Assembly: GCA_964016885.1 (NCBI GenBank)
Contig: OZ024747.1
Coordinates: forward strand, 33,542,001-33,606,000
Reading direction: 5' to 3'
Length of the DNA stretch: 64,000 nt
Origin: Eledone cirrhosa
Taxonomy: Eukaryota
Part shown: positions 12,180-24,010 of the stretch, piece by piece
How the letters are laid out: every line of letters starts with the position of its first letter
Position numbering within the stretch: the stretch's first letter is position 1
Notes under the pieces: generated by a model
The model's database searches: none
What the model was told of the DNA's origin: nothing
What the model saw: only the letters and a program-made list of their open reading frames with translations
Position numbers and translations under genes: made by a program

Positions 12180-12660
12180 CAGTGCCCAGTGAACACTGTA
12201 AAGTGGTCGTTTTGGTGACGTGACAAAAAAAGCACCAAGTCCACTCTTTTTGGTAATACAACAAAAACACCAAATCTACACTTTAAAATGGTCATGTTAG
12301 TGACACAACAAAAAATGCCCAGTTCACACTGTAACCTGGTCATGTTGATGACATGACAACAATTACCCAGTCCACACAGTAAAGTTGTTTTTGTGCCATG
12401 ACAAAACTCTGTAAAGTGCTTGTGTAGGTGCCACTACAAAAGGCACCCAGTACATTTTGGAGACATAATAAAAAGCACCCAGTCCAAACTGAAAAATGTC
12501 GTTGGCATTAGAAAGGAGATCCAACCATAGAGATAAAACCAGAAATAATTCTGTATGAGCAAGACATGGTCATCTGATCTGACTTGTCTCACATTAGGAC
12601 AACTCTTCTAACCGATGCTAGCATAGAAAAATGGGTGTTAAACAATGATGATGATGATCA
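12180..12660 (+). mobile_element. RTE-associated non-autonomous repeat with about 39-bp internal tandem units
   Basis: About 8 diverged units of AAAAGCACCCAGTCCACACTGTAAAGTGGTC.., ending in TTAAACAATGATGATGAT. Relatives lie at about 13527-13745, 24220-24560, 32556-32977, 37878-38130, 40800-41135, 41865-42080 and 45960-46170. Confidence 0.7.
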
Positions 12661-13740
12661 TTATACAATGTTTACCATCAACTTCTAAGAGTTTGGGATG
12701 TGATCTGAGGTAAATTTAGTTGCTATTTCTCTATAGTTGCTCAGCCATCTAGAAGCTCTTTAGCATTATTTTGAGGATGCCTAAAATATATTTCTGAGTC
12801 AGGTCAGGCTTCTGCCTGCAATTTTTGCCATGTAACCCAGTACAACCAGTTTCATGATCAAGTGGTCAACGACTAAACCGGCTCCCCTAACAGAACATGG
12901 TTTGGTGAGGAGGCTAAGTGGAACCCCTGCAGCACAAAATCAAGAGCTCTTAAAAGGTAGATGAACTTCTCAGAGTCTATGGCCATCCACCCCAAATATG
13001 GGTTAAACTGTCTCACCAACCTGCAATTGGCCAAATGAGGTGAATGCGACTGCACCCCTGATGACCAAAACCAAACAGAAAGGGGTGCAGATCTACAAGA
13101 GTAGGGTTCATCCAGCAGGAGTGAGAAGGCCATGGTTCGGATTGAATAATATATTGAGATGATAGGATTGGACAATACACAGAGTTTAATGATTCACAGA
13201 GTGTAAAGTGTAAATATATTGTAGTGAGTTGAAAACATGAAGTGAAAATCAAACATTTAAAAAGGTGTCTTTAAGATTAATCACTTATCAAATTCATATG
13301 AGTCTATGCCAAATATTCAAAAATTACCAAGAAGAGTGAGAATTAAGATATACAATTTGGTAATATACTCATATATATATATGATAATGAAGTCATTGAC
13401 AAGTATCATTGAGTTAGTCTGCAGGAAATCCTCATACACTGTTCATATGCCTGTCCTGAATGTGGGACACATGAAGAAATAAATGTTGCTATTGTACATT
13501 TTATATATATATATACATATACCTATATCATCATCACCGTTTTATGTCCGTTCTTCCACGCTAGTATGGGTTAGACGGGTTGTCCTTTTGTGGACAGTGT
13601 CCAGTTGGCGGACCATGTCTTGCTTATATGGAACTGATTCTGGCTTGATTTCAACAGCTGGATTCCCTTCCTAACACTAACCTCATTTACAGTGAGGGCT
13701 GGGTGCTTTTATTCCATGGCACCTCCACGACCACTTTGCA

Positions 13741-13777
<37 letters not shown>

Positions 13778-13779
<2 letters not shown>

Positions 13780-14340
13780 TAAGTTATTCCGGGTTGAATC
13801 GGAGGTAACCACAGTAAGTAAGGTACTCAATACATAGCAGAGTATAAAAGTTTTAATATAGATGAGATTCTACAGGACTAGAACTGTTTCATTCTTTAGA
13901 AATCATCAGGAATCTGGCTTTCCAAAGATAAATGTTGTGGTATTTATATCTTTTCGGTTGGTAGGAGAGGGTGGGAAGTGGGATGGGTGGAGGTCATTGG
14001 TTGAAAGAAAAGGGAATTCATTAAAAGCTAATTCTTTAAGGCTATAATATATATTTAGAGTGACAAAGGCAGAAAGAATTCTATAAACAAGTTCAAAATG
14101 GGATGCCACTCCTTATTTTTAAGTTTCTCTTAAGCTAACAATGCCTATATTTCAGGTGTCTATAAGATGGTTGTGGGTCGGTCATGGTTGATGGATTTAA
14201 AGAAAAGGGAAATTCTTTAAAAGCTAATTCTTTAAAGCTCTACTTAGAGTGACAAAGGCCAAGAGAATTCTATAAACCAGTTCAAAATATTGGGTGCCTA
14301 TCATTATTGTCATATTTCTCTTAAGCTATATTCCAGGTGT
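13778..14340 (-). mobile_element. Short HHR-bearing element (Penelope pLTR-like) with an internal duplication of about 180-200 bp
   Basis: Starts next to (TA)n and contains a minus-strand HHR. The block AAAGAAAAGGGAA..AAAAGCTAATTCTTTAA occurs twice. Confidence 0.6.
13865..13915 (-). ncRNA. Type I hammerhead ribozyme motif
   Basis: AGATTC-CTGATGA-TTTCTAAAGAAT-GAAACAG TTCTAGTC CTGTA-GAATCT: 6-bp stem I, 4-bp stem III, GUA site. Confidence 0.85.
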
Positions 14341-14398
14341 CAACAAACACATTCACATACACACACACATATATATATATATACATACATACACATGA

Positions 14399-14570
14399 CC
14401 TAAGTCGGAGGACAGTGACGAAGGCCTGAAGCCGGTTCCGAGGCCGTCATCAAAGCCAATGGCGGGTTTATCGAGTGAGATCGAAAGAACAAGTCATGAA
14501 GACAAACTAACCCAAGTTTGATAAATAAATCTTGAAAAATATAACTACTGGGTTACTTTTTCCTAGACAG
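14399..14570 (+). mobile_element. 3' fragment of the DD37D/maT transposon family
   Basis: Closely similar to the reverse complement of about 42290-42460. Encodes ..IKANGGFIE-stop. Confidence 0.8.
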
Positions 14571-14655
14571 ATATATATATATATATGTAAGCTATTCTAA
14601 AAATAGCTTACATTTCTAATAATTTCAAACCCAACCGCTGTTTCGAAAATATTCT

Positions 14656-14694
<39 letters not shown>

Positions 14695-14696
<2 letters not shown>

Positions 14697-15813
14697 AACT
14701 GACCAATGAGAATTAAGACTATTCCTGCTGACAACATTAAATTATTCCTAACAAGCTCATATGTCCCAAGGCTCTGATACCATCAACACCATAAACACAG
14801 AGCTGGCATATCTAAGAACTGACTAACTGCCTGATGAGGCCATAGCCATTCAATGACTATCATCGAAATATATATAGCAGTAAATAAAGGATTATGAGTT
14901 CATGCAATTGACTTATGTTTCGTCACTATTATAAGTCCGGAACTTATATCTTCGTTGAGTGCTCCCTATCCGCATACTGAAGTACTGGATTTTACCAACA
15001 CTTTCTTGCTTACCCCATGCTCCACACCCTGTTGAGCGCTTCATACAGTAGCGGACTGCAGCCAATATGAATAAACTCCCCACTCTGGCATCACTGAAGG
15101 ACATCCCATTACCGGGTAAACGAGAATACACCATGAATCTCACTAAGAGTACTGACTCCTTAATACGCAGGATGAGGTGGAGGGCTTACCACTTTGATAG
15201 AGGAAACCCCAATACTATAACAAAAAAAACATGGAGTGCCTCTTCAGATCAAGAAGGAAACCCCCCTCCCCACAATAGACTATTGGAGGAGTTCGAGAAC
15301 GAAATAATTGGCCTCATTTCCAACATCAAATTTTCCGACCAACCATACCGGGGTCGAGACTACCTTGGACGACTGGAAAATGGAATTACCGAGCTTAAGG
15401 AATCTACAGGAATACTCGTCCATGCCGACAAAACCAACAACCTTTACAGCATGGACGTTCAACTTTACCATGAGCTAATCCTCAGGGAATTGAGAAAAAG
15501 CTACAAAAAAAAACGCCCGAGGCTACCCTGGAGGATATCAACATCAAGGCTTATGAGATCGTATCTGGTCTTGGCATAGATGATAGGACGGCCCCATACT
15601 AACCAGGGGAGCCGAGGATTACCATTAAGGACCACAAACCAAACTTCGAGTCTTACCTGCTGGTCAGACTGATAGCCCCCTCCCGGTCAGACATGGGGGT
15701 TATTAGCAAAAGCATTTTAGATAGGATCCTGTCCACACTTAAGAGTAAAATAAGGTTACAACTCTGGTCCTGCACCAGCCAGGTGCTGGACTGGTTTACA
15801 TTTTTACCTGACA
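14695..15813 (+). mobile_element. Second Naiad-type Penelope family: pLTR plus 5' part of ORF, 3'-truncated
   Basis: HHR and AATAAA precede ORF 15067-15579 (SLKDIPLP..LIRRMRWRAYHF..ADKTNNLY). After a frameshift it continues ITIKDHKPNF..RLIAPSRSDMGVISKSILDRI..LW..VLDWF, homologous to the 2.3-4.3 kb ORF. Confidence 0.85.
14826..14881 (+). ncRNA. Type I hammerhead ribozyme motif (minimal, palindromic stem III)
   Basis: ACTGC-CTGATGA-G..ATAG.CATT/AATG.CTAT..C-GAAA-TATATA-TA-GCAGT, followed by AATAAA. Confidence 0.85.
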
Positions 15814-16083
15814 AATATATGTGTGCATGTATGTATATATATATATATATACATACTACTGTACGTCTGTATACATATATGTATGTACGTATACATACTT
15901 ATATTTAAGTAACAGCCGTACTAAGAGTGGGAAATGAAATTTCGTTTCATCTTTTCCGTTTATCGTTTTCGGTGCACCCGGCCGATTAACCCACTAGATA
16001 TGCAAATTGTGCTACTCAGCCGTTAATATGCATAAGGAAAGTATATACTTTCGGACGTTCAACTATCTGGCAGGAAGGTATAC

Positions 16084-16122
16084 GTTGCTGACGATAGCTA
16101 ACAAGCTTGAAACTAGTACAGC
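16084..16122 (+). ncRNA. Type I hammerhead ribozyme motif (minimal)
   Basis: GTTG-CTGACGA-TAGCT AACA AGCTT-GAAA-CTAG-TA-CAGC. Confidence 0.85.
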
Positions 16123-16439
16123 ATTCCTTTGTCAGTGGTGTACAAACGAGCAACGGTGGTTGCTAGACATTACGGCTTAATACTGTATGTTTGTTTACAA
16201 ACATACCGAGCATTATAATAAATGTTTGGCGAATCCATACGTACATATATATATATGTGTGCATGTATGTATTTATATATACATACTACTGTACGTCTGT
16301 ATACATATATGTATGTACGTATACATTTAATTATTGTTGATATATTTAATTATTGTTGATTTCAATAACCCCTTTAATTTATTTACATTATTCTTAAAAT
16401 AATTTTATTTACATAATTTATTTACATTATTCCTAAATA

Positions 16440-16735
16440 GAATTTTAGTCTACGACTCCAGTTATACAATAAACGTGATTTTGTCTTTGCGCGTAATTGT
16501 TCTCAGCGCTCCAAATAATGGCGTATTATCTTCGTTTTTTTCCGTTCTCTGCCAGGTAACGTCTCCACGAACCAAAGTATCGTCTTCCTATCTTCCTTCG
16601 GTTGCAACATTTTTCGAAATATTTACTTCTGCGTTTACAGATTATATTTTTTCTTTTTTTTCTTCAGTTTCAGAAGATCCCGTTATGGGTGAAAGCAGCG
16701 ATTCTTTGCCTAAACTTTAATCTGTTATTTTAATA
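16440..16735 (+). mobile_element. Solo pLTR of the Naiad family seen at 1.8-6.7 kb
   Basis: Similar to 4810-5085. Variant HHR at 16666-16716. A further fragment at about 17125-17240 has an HHR at 17171-17221. Confidence 0.85.
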
Positions 16736-16746
16736 ATTAAATACAT

Positions 16747-16810
<64 letters not shown>

Positions 16811-16813
<3 letters not shown>

Positions 16814-18218
16814 CAACCTTTCCGCCAAACGGCTGGAGCAAACAGCACCACATTTACACCATAGATGTAACTTTTTCCAAGTAAAAAAGTGAGAGTATTT
16901 TTGTCTACTGAATTTTGTTAAAAGATTAAAGACATTATTTATATATTCACTTCTTTAAAATTTCAAGTGTCAACACTTCCGGTTATATGTCATTCCTCAC
17001 TTTTTCATATGACGTCACACAACATTCCCCTATTTTTCTTAGTCTGTATTTTTAGATAGATAATTAGCTATAACGTAGCGCCCTTATAATATGTTTCTGT
17101 ATGTGTGGCTGTCTGCATTAGATAACGTTTTTCGAAATATTTACTTCTGCGTTCACAGACTGATTTTTTTAGTTTCAGAAGATCTCGTTACGGGTGAAAG
17201 CAACGATTCTTTGCTTAAACTTTAATCTGTTATTATAATATATATATTGGTGTACAGATATTTTTGCATACACAAAAACAAAAACCTATTTATTTCACGA
17301 AAGTACAGACGGCTTATCGTCATTGTTACTGTTCGAGGTTAGGGGACCATAGTCTTTCCAAGATCTGAGAACCATCAATGGCCTTCAATGTTTCACTTAC
17401 CGTTTGGCTTGCCAGATTCGTGGTATGTTACACAATGACAGCCATTGGCACCTTACCCTGCAAGAAGCAGCAACTGCTAAATTCCCTTTTCAGCTGCAAA
17501 AAATGTTTGCTATTATGCTGCACAACTACGATCTCGCTGACCCTCTCGCAATGTGGAACAACCATCGCGAAAGTCTAGCTGAGGACATCCTCCACCATAC
17601 ATGCAGACACAATCCGAACCTAACATATGATACCGTTTTCAATGAGGCACTCATTTGTCTTAAAACAGTGTCCTGGAGATTGGTGGTAGGCCTCTAAGTC
17701 ACTACAGCTTACCAGCTCCTGACAGGAGTGTCCAGAGGTCAACGTCTACAGAGCTTCTCCACGAGACGAGCTACGAGATCAGTGATTCTCCCATGGTCAA
17801 TTGTATGTAGGATGCTCTAGGGTGAGCTCGCCAAACAATCTCTTCATATTTGCTCTGGAGGGCCAAACAAAAAATATTGTATACTCTGAGGCTCTAACAA
17901 TGTAATTTAAATATTTTCTATTACTTGGAATTTCCATTATGATTGTACAAATTATTGTTAGTTAAAAAATGTGTTCTCTTTTCAGCCTTTATTGTTGTAA
18001 CTATCAATTTTCTTTAATGCACTGTCTGCTGAACTGGGGAATCCTAAAAACTACTCAAACCCAACATCAGAGCACATTACCCCCCCCCCCCCCCCCAAAC
18101 CTCGCAGACTTGAGAGGGCGTGCTGTATCTTTGCACTAGAGTGTAGGGGGGGGGGGGGATTCCTGAAAAATAAAATTCTAGTATACCTAGCCGGGCGCCA
18201 GCCGGATGGGCCAACTAG
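16811..18218 (+). mobile_element. Internally deleted Helitron
   Basis: 17320-17700 encodes the RepHel linker (VRGP*SFQDLRTING..ACQIRGMLHNDSHW..EA..LAEDIL). About 17786-17897 encodes the Pif1 end FSHGQLYVGCSRV..TKNIVYSEAL. A GC-rich hairpin precedes CTAG|T at 18215-18219. The 5' boundary is uncertain. Confidence 0.85.
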
Positions 18219-18225
18219 TATATAT

Positions 18226-18257
<32 letters not shown>

Positions 18258-18908
18258 CATGTATACACACACACATATATATATATACTTAATACATCTT
18301 TTGATATATATGTAATCAACAGAGTCCTCAATATTCTAAAGTGTGGTCAATTGATATCTATTTTAATATGAAGTGTATTTTATTTTTGTATACTTTCATG
18401 TGTATTAGATTACATTGTAAATGTATGTGTGTATATATATATGTGTGTGTGTGTTAATGTGTTTAAATATATATATATACATATATATATATTATATGCA
18501 AATATTAAAATAATAGGAAATCAATATTAAAAAATAAATATATTGAAATCGAAACAGATAATTGTTCAAAGTAAAAGTCTAAATGAAATATTGTTAGATA
18601 TTTGTGTTTCATCTTGTACCATTTCTACTGAACAGAAACTATTAATATTGAATCCTGATGTAATTACAACACCAAAAGTTGCAGAAGAGATTTTTACTGA
18701 GTACAAACACCAGTATTTCTTTTGTTAACCTTGAATAGAAGAAAATCAATGCTAATACCAACAGAATTTGAACTCAGAGTTTTTAAGGATAAATGTAAAT
18801 ATGGCAAAGCATTTAATCATTTTGATATTTAACTGCCTGAAACTGACTCTGGTTTTATTATTATGGTATAAAGATAAAGTTGCTTATTTTAAAGCATTTA
18901 TATTTATT

Positions 18909-19200
18909 AGCACATGGCTTAGTGGTTAGAGCATTGGACTTGCAATCGAAAGGTTGTGAGTTTGATTCTCGGACCGGGTGATGTGTTGTGTCCTTGAGCA
19001 AGACACTTTATTTCATGTTGCTCCAGTTTACTCAGCTGTAGAAATGAGTTGTGATCCTGCCAAATCAATGGGTGGCAGTAGTCCCAGATGCATGCATCAA
19101 AAGACTGGTGTAGTGGTTCTGAGAACAATGTGGATTTGCAGATGATCAATGCAAATTGATAATGGAAAGGCGTCACACTCGAGTTAGAAGAGAGTTATTG
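18909..19200 (+). mobile_element. tRNA-derived SINE, second family
   Basis: TGGCTTAGTGGTTAGAG..GAGTTTGATTCTC..GTGTCCTTGAGCAAGACACTT. Relatives lie at about 9275, 35378, 42105 (-), 54640 (-) and 62600 (-). Confidence 0.8.
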
Positions 19201-20994
19201 ATCTTCAGGAGAAGCAGCGACACCTGATTGTATTCAGCAACCAAAGCAAATATGAAGTACACCAAATCCAATGCTTCTAGGGTGGGGTGGCCCTGTTTCT
19301 TCTTATTTTGCAAGTGTAAACTTGGCCAGATTAGATTAGATTAATTTTTAAAAATTTCCATCATAATTTATATAAAAGCCTTTAATTTATGCTCCAAACA
19401 GTATCTAGTTAATGGGAAAGTAATTTATATTAATAAAACCTCCAAATTCTTTATTGTCATCAAAATGTTTTGAAAATCATTGGTAAGTTTCATGAGAAAT
19501 ATAGTAATGAAACAGTTAAGTCAACTATCTCATCAGGTTGGTGCTTATCCTGGTTTCCAGATTGTGAAAATAATGTGCCAAATAATCTCAGGAAAAGGAA
19601 GCTGCAGTAGAGGAAGACTAAGGAAGACCTAGATGGAAGTGGTGAGAGCTATACTCAGATTGCAAAAGCTCTTGTTGCAAGGAATACAATGAGTGGATAG
19701 ATGCTGTACTGAGAAAGATCTGACTAACCCATGCAATCATGGAACAATAGGTGTAAAATAATGATGAAGAGTCAAACTGACAGGCCTCCAAACAATTTCC
19801 CTTACAAGGCATGGGTTGACCTGAGAGTATGATAAATGATACCAGCCCAAAATAATTCACTGTAAGATTGAACCAGGGACCTAATGATCACAAAGTGAAC
19901 TTCTTAACTCTTTTCCCTTACTAAAGCCAATAATTACATACAGACATATAAACATACTATCTATAATATAACAGATACATACATACACTTGCTAGCAGGG
20001 GAAGCAGACGTTATGATGATGATGATGATACATATACAGTCATGTACATACATTAAACTTTGGTCAGACTGCCTCTAATACAACAAACACTGACACATAT
20101 ATATAGAGAGACACAAACATACACATGCTCTCATACTATTTAAGTATGTTTGAGCAAATTAAAATCAGTGTAGAATATGAGTGGAAAACTAAAAGAGAAA
20201 TATTCTCATTGAGTGTAAATTTAGTACAATGAATGTTTTAGTTTTGGTTAAAATATTAGAATAAAAGATCAAATTTTCAGTTATTGAAACTTCAATCAGA
20301 GTCTAATGACTTGATTGAATTTTGAAAGGTGAAAATTCAAGAGGAAAATGCATTAAATAAATGGAAATACTTTGTGTGTGTAAGTGCATATATAATTGCA
20401 CACACACATATATGTATGTATGAGGATGTAGAACAGATACATATATGTATGACGATATAGCACACATATTAATGATTTTCGCAATGAGCACTCAGTTAAC
20501 CAATAAACTGAACTACCTAGTCAGCAAATTAATGTGTAAGTGGATGAATATTCTTGAGACATCATCATCATTGTCATTAGCTTTATTATTATCATTTCAT
20601 GTCCATTTGTATGGGTCGGAGGGATCTTCTTCACCACATAATATTTGCCACTTCTTGCTGTCTCTTGTTATCTGCTCCATGACATTCTATATTCTCACAT
20701 TAGCTTCCAACACACCTTTCCTTGATTCCTTCCGCTTCCACAGCTTCCTTCCACATCAATTACTTTTCCGTCTATATTTGGATGTCACATGATATATATG
20801 TAGGCAGGTGTGTATGTATTTCTGTATGCATATTATTATCAACATATTTTGCATACACAGAGCCTCATTAGCAAATCATTATAACAAATGCTTTCTCAAG
20901 GACCACTACATGGAGGTGAGGTTGGCTTGGTCCTCCATAAATTATTTAGTCCTTTTTTACCTAGCTCTCATTCTTGAAACACTTCATAATATTT

Positions 20995-21195
20995 CCTGAT
21001 TTAGGCTCAGGTCAACAATTTCTAGGAGATGAAAATTGATTAAATCGAATCCAGTGCATTGCCGGTGCTTTATTTTATCGATGTCATTAGGATGAAAGCA
21101 AAGCTAACCTTGGCAGGATTTCTAGAATGTAAAGGTCCATAAGTACATGCCAGAAAGAATGTTGTCCGACACTCAACCACACTGTCAATCCCCAA
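20995..21195 (-). mobile_element. Nin-like SINE
   Basis: TTTATTTTATCGATGTCATTAGGATGAAAGCAAAGCTAACCTTGGCAGGATTT. Confidence 0.7.
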
Positions 21196-23789
21196 CTCTG
21201 GATGCTGGTATTATACTTATATCATATGAAAGTTTATTGTATGCTTGTTAATTCTGTGTAATCGATTTAAAACATACACTGTGTTTGCTTCAATATTTCA
21301 ATCAATGTATTTAAGATGTAAAAACAGGATTTCCATCAAATATATTTCAGCAATTTTTAATTCAGCCACAGTTCAGCACACTTGATTAGAAATATCAATG
21401 AAGTTTGGGGTCAAGGATGTGTTAATGAATGTACATTTTCACTCAATGATCATCATTCTTATACACCACATGTCCATATCAGTATAGTTCCCCTTCTACA
21501 CACTACATCTAATTTCTCTTATAGACAAGCTATATATATTTATATAATTCTAGGATGAAGCTTATCGAATAGAATGGACACAGTTTCAGTCATTTCCTCA
21601 CTCACTCAATAATTTAATCAAGTTTGTATTATGAACATTCAAACTTACCAATTAAAATGTACATATATGTTAATCAGTGAGGAACACAACTTTGTGTGGG
21701 TAGGAAAATTGAGATACTCAGACAAATGCACCAATTTCTACGATTCCAATCTGCTGACGGTGGTCCGAATGGAATCACTATGTGCAGAAATTAGATAATG
21801 TTAGTATGCTTTACATACGTTGGCGAGAACACATTATGGGATAGATGGGGATTTTTGTTGTTACAACATGAAAGAATGTTATAATTGTGTAGTGCCTATT
21901 ATGTACAAATATGAAAAATCTGGTCTTTTTTATAACAAAGACATACAATCCATTGTGGCTAGAAATAAAAAAAACTCTATTCCCCAGTTCTACTGTTTCT
22001 GGTTGTATTTAAATTTAAATTAAATTCATTACTTGAAAACATAATTGTGACAACTTCTCAAGTATTTTGGTATTCCATTGAATTTCAATAATGACAACAA
22101 ATACTGCATCAATCTCATATTCTTATCATATTACTTGACAGAGGGATTTTCAATAATATCACTGAAATTAATAAAATTGTGTATGCAGAGAGATTCAGCT
22201 TACAAACTCAGTTACAGAGCTATTCCTTTTCAAAATAACAAGAAGAATGTCATCGATGGATCTTGTGGTGAACTAAATCCCAATGCATAATAATGTATGG
22301 ATGAAAATAAATTCGCAGAAGACTTCAGAGTTGACAAAACATCTAATGTAGAGGGATATCTTCTCCACAGAACAGAATGTGCTGTGGCTAGCATGTCGAG
22401 CTGGTAATCAGAAAGTTCACAACTAAAATATTGTATCATACAACAAACAACTATCATACAAATACTTAAAGTTTTCCTCCCAAAACACTGCATCTATGTG
22501 CAAGAGTAAGAGACACACATGACATGTCAACATATTCATTGACCTACAGCCAGGAGTGGTTGAGGGTCATTGCAGCTATCAAAATATTTGACCCAATAAA
22601 AGAAGTAAGATCTCTCAACACCAACTTTTATACAAGAATGCAATGTCATGCTGTGTTTAGTCAGTCTAGTGGGCTTTATGCTGTAATTGTCAATGTATAC
22701 TAATATGCAAATGCATATAGTATGAAAATAGCTGTTGCTTCATGCACAAACTGGCTCTATGTATGCATGTTCTGGTTTTATAATTTTATAGATTTTTACC
22801 AATATAGAGAGAGTAGGTTTCTAATATAGACACAAGACTCTTTCATTGCAATTTAGACAACATCAACTAGGTAGATATGTCTGCATGACTGCATGCATGC
22901 GTGTGTGTGCAGGTATGGATCTTATTGTATGTGTGGTTGTGTATGTTTTGAGTTATATGTGTGCATGTGCATATATTTTGTATCTGTACTTGTGTATGTG
23001 TGTGTGTATGTATGTGTGTGTATGCATGCATGCAAGCATGTATGTAAGTGAAAAGTAAATGTAAGAAACATAACAGATGGAGAAGTAAAATGAGCATATA
23101 TATATATTAGTTTCACACTTTATATAGTAAGAAAAGTCTTAACGTATTCCCTAGTATCTAAGTGTTCTTCAAATAAGATTTGCAGGATACTAAAAATTAT
23201 AAATAAAATATATTGCCATATTTTATCTTCTTCTCTTGTCTTGACATAAGTAAAGAAGCACAGATCTGTCTCTGGATTGCTTCACATTTTTACCAGCTTT
23301 TTCTTCATTGCATTTTATTTATATATCTAATTACCAATCAGCTGCTTTCTTTGTACAGTAAATATAAATATTGCTCTCCTTGCATATTTTTCTCACCCCC
23401 CGCCCCTACTATTTAACAATTTTCACTATCTTTTGTTGTTTTTTAATATTACATTTTTTTCAACATTTATAGTCTGCAAACCATTTTTTTCCTCCTGTTT
23501 CAATTTCTTTTTCTTTCGCCATTTATAGTTAAGTTTGGTTTTAGTGTAAGAGGATGAAAAGTATTTAATTTCATACCCACATTTCTAATAACTGGAATAT
23601 GAACTTGTAGAATATTACTAAAATCTTGTACAACTTTTAACTCTAATTTTATAGAATTTTATTTGAAACACAGATGAATGTACTGTCTATATTTACCTCT
23701 TCTTATGGCAACCATTTTGCATAATTGGTAGAGCATCGGACAAAATTCTTTGTGGCATTTACTTAAGGCCCTCTATATTCTGAACCCTT

Positions 23790-24010
23790 CTTCTTCACCC
23801 ATTTATTCCAGAGAGGGTCCTGGAGGCAGAGTCCTCAAACTTTCATTCCAGCAGGTTCTGTCAGAAGCAACCGTCCCCAATTCATCCAGCTAGATCCCTA
23901 AGTGAGATCAGCTGAGCTCATGGATGCTATTCCTAGGTCTCCTGTTGGTTGGGTTTGCCCATAAAATCTGCCTAGCGATTCTTTCCTGAGACATTCTAGA
24001 CAAATGCCTG
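23790..24010 (-). mobile_element. RTE-type LINE C-terminal fragment
   Basis: The minus strand encodes HLSRMSQERIARQILWANP..LGI*LDELGTVASDRTCW..LRTLPPGP. Confidence 0.6.

Noticed and set aside
12180-12510. CRISPR-like periodic array of about 39 bp
   Set aside because: The units are diverged tandem repeats without unique spacers. They belong to a dispersed eukaryotic retroelement and no cas genes are present.
18909-18985. tRNA gene
   Set aside because: The A/B-box head runs directly into a SINE body found in several copies, and there is no proper acceptor stem.
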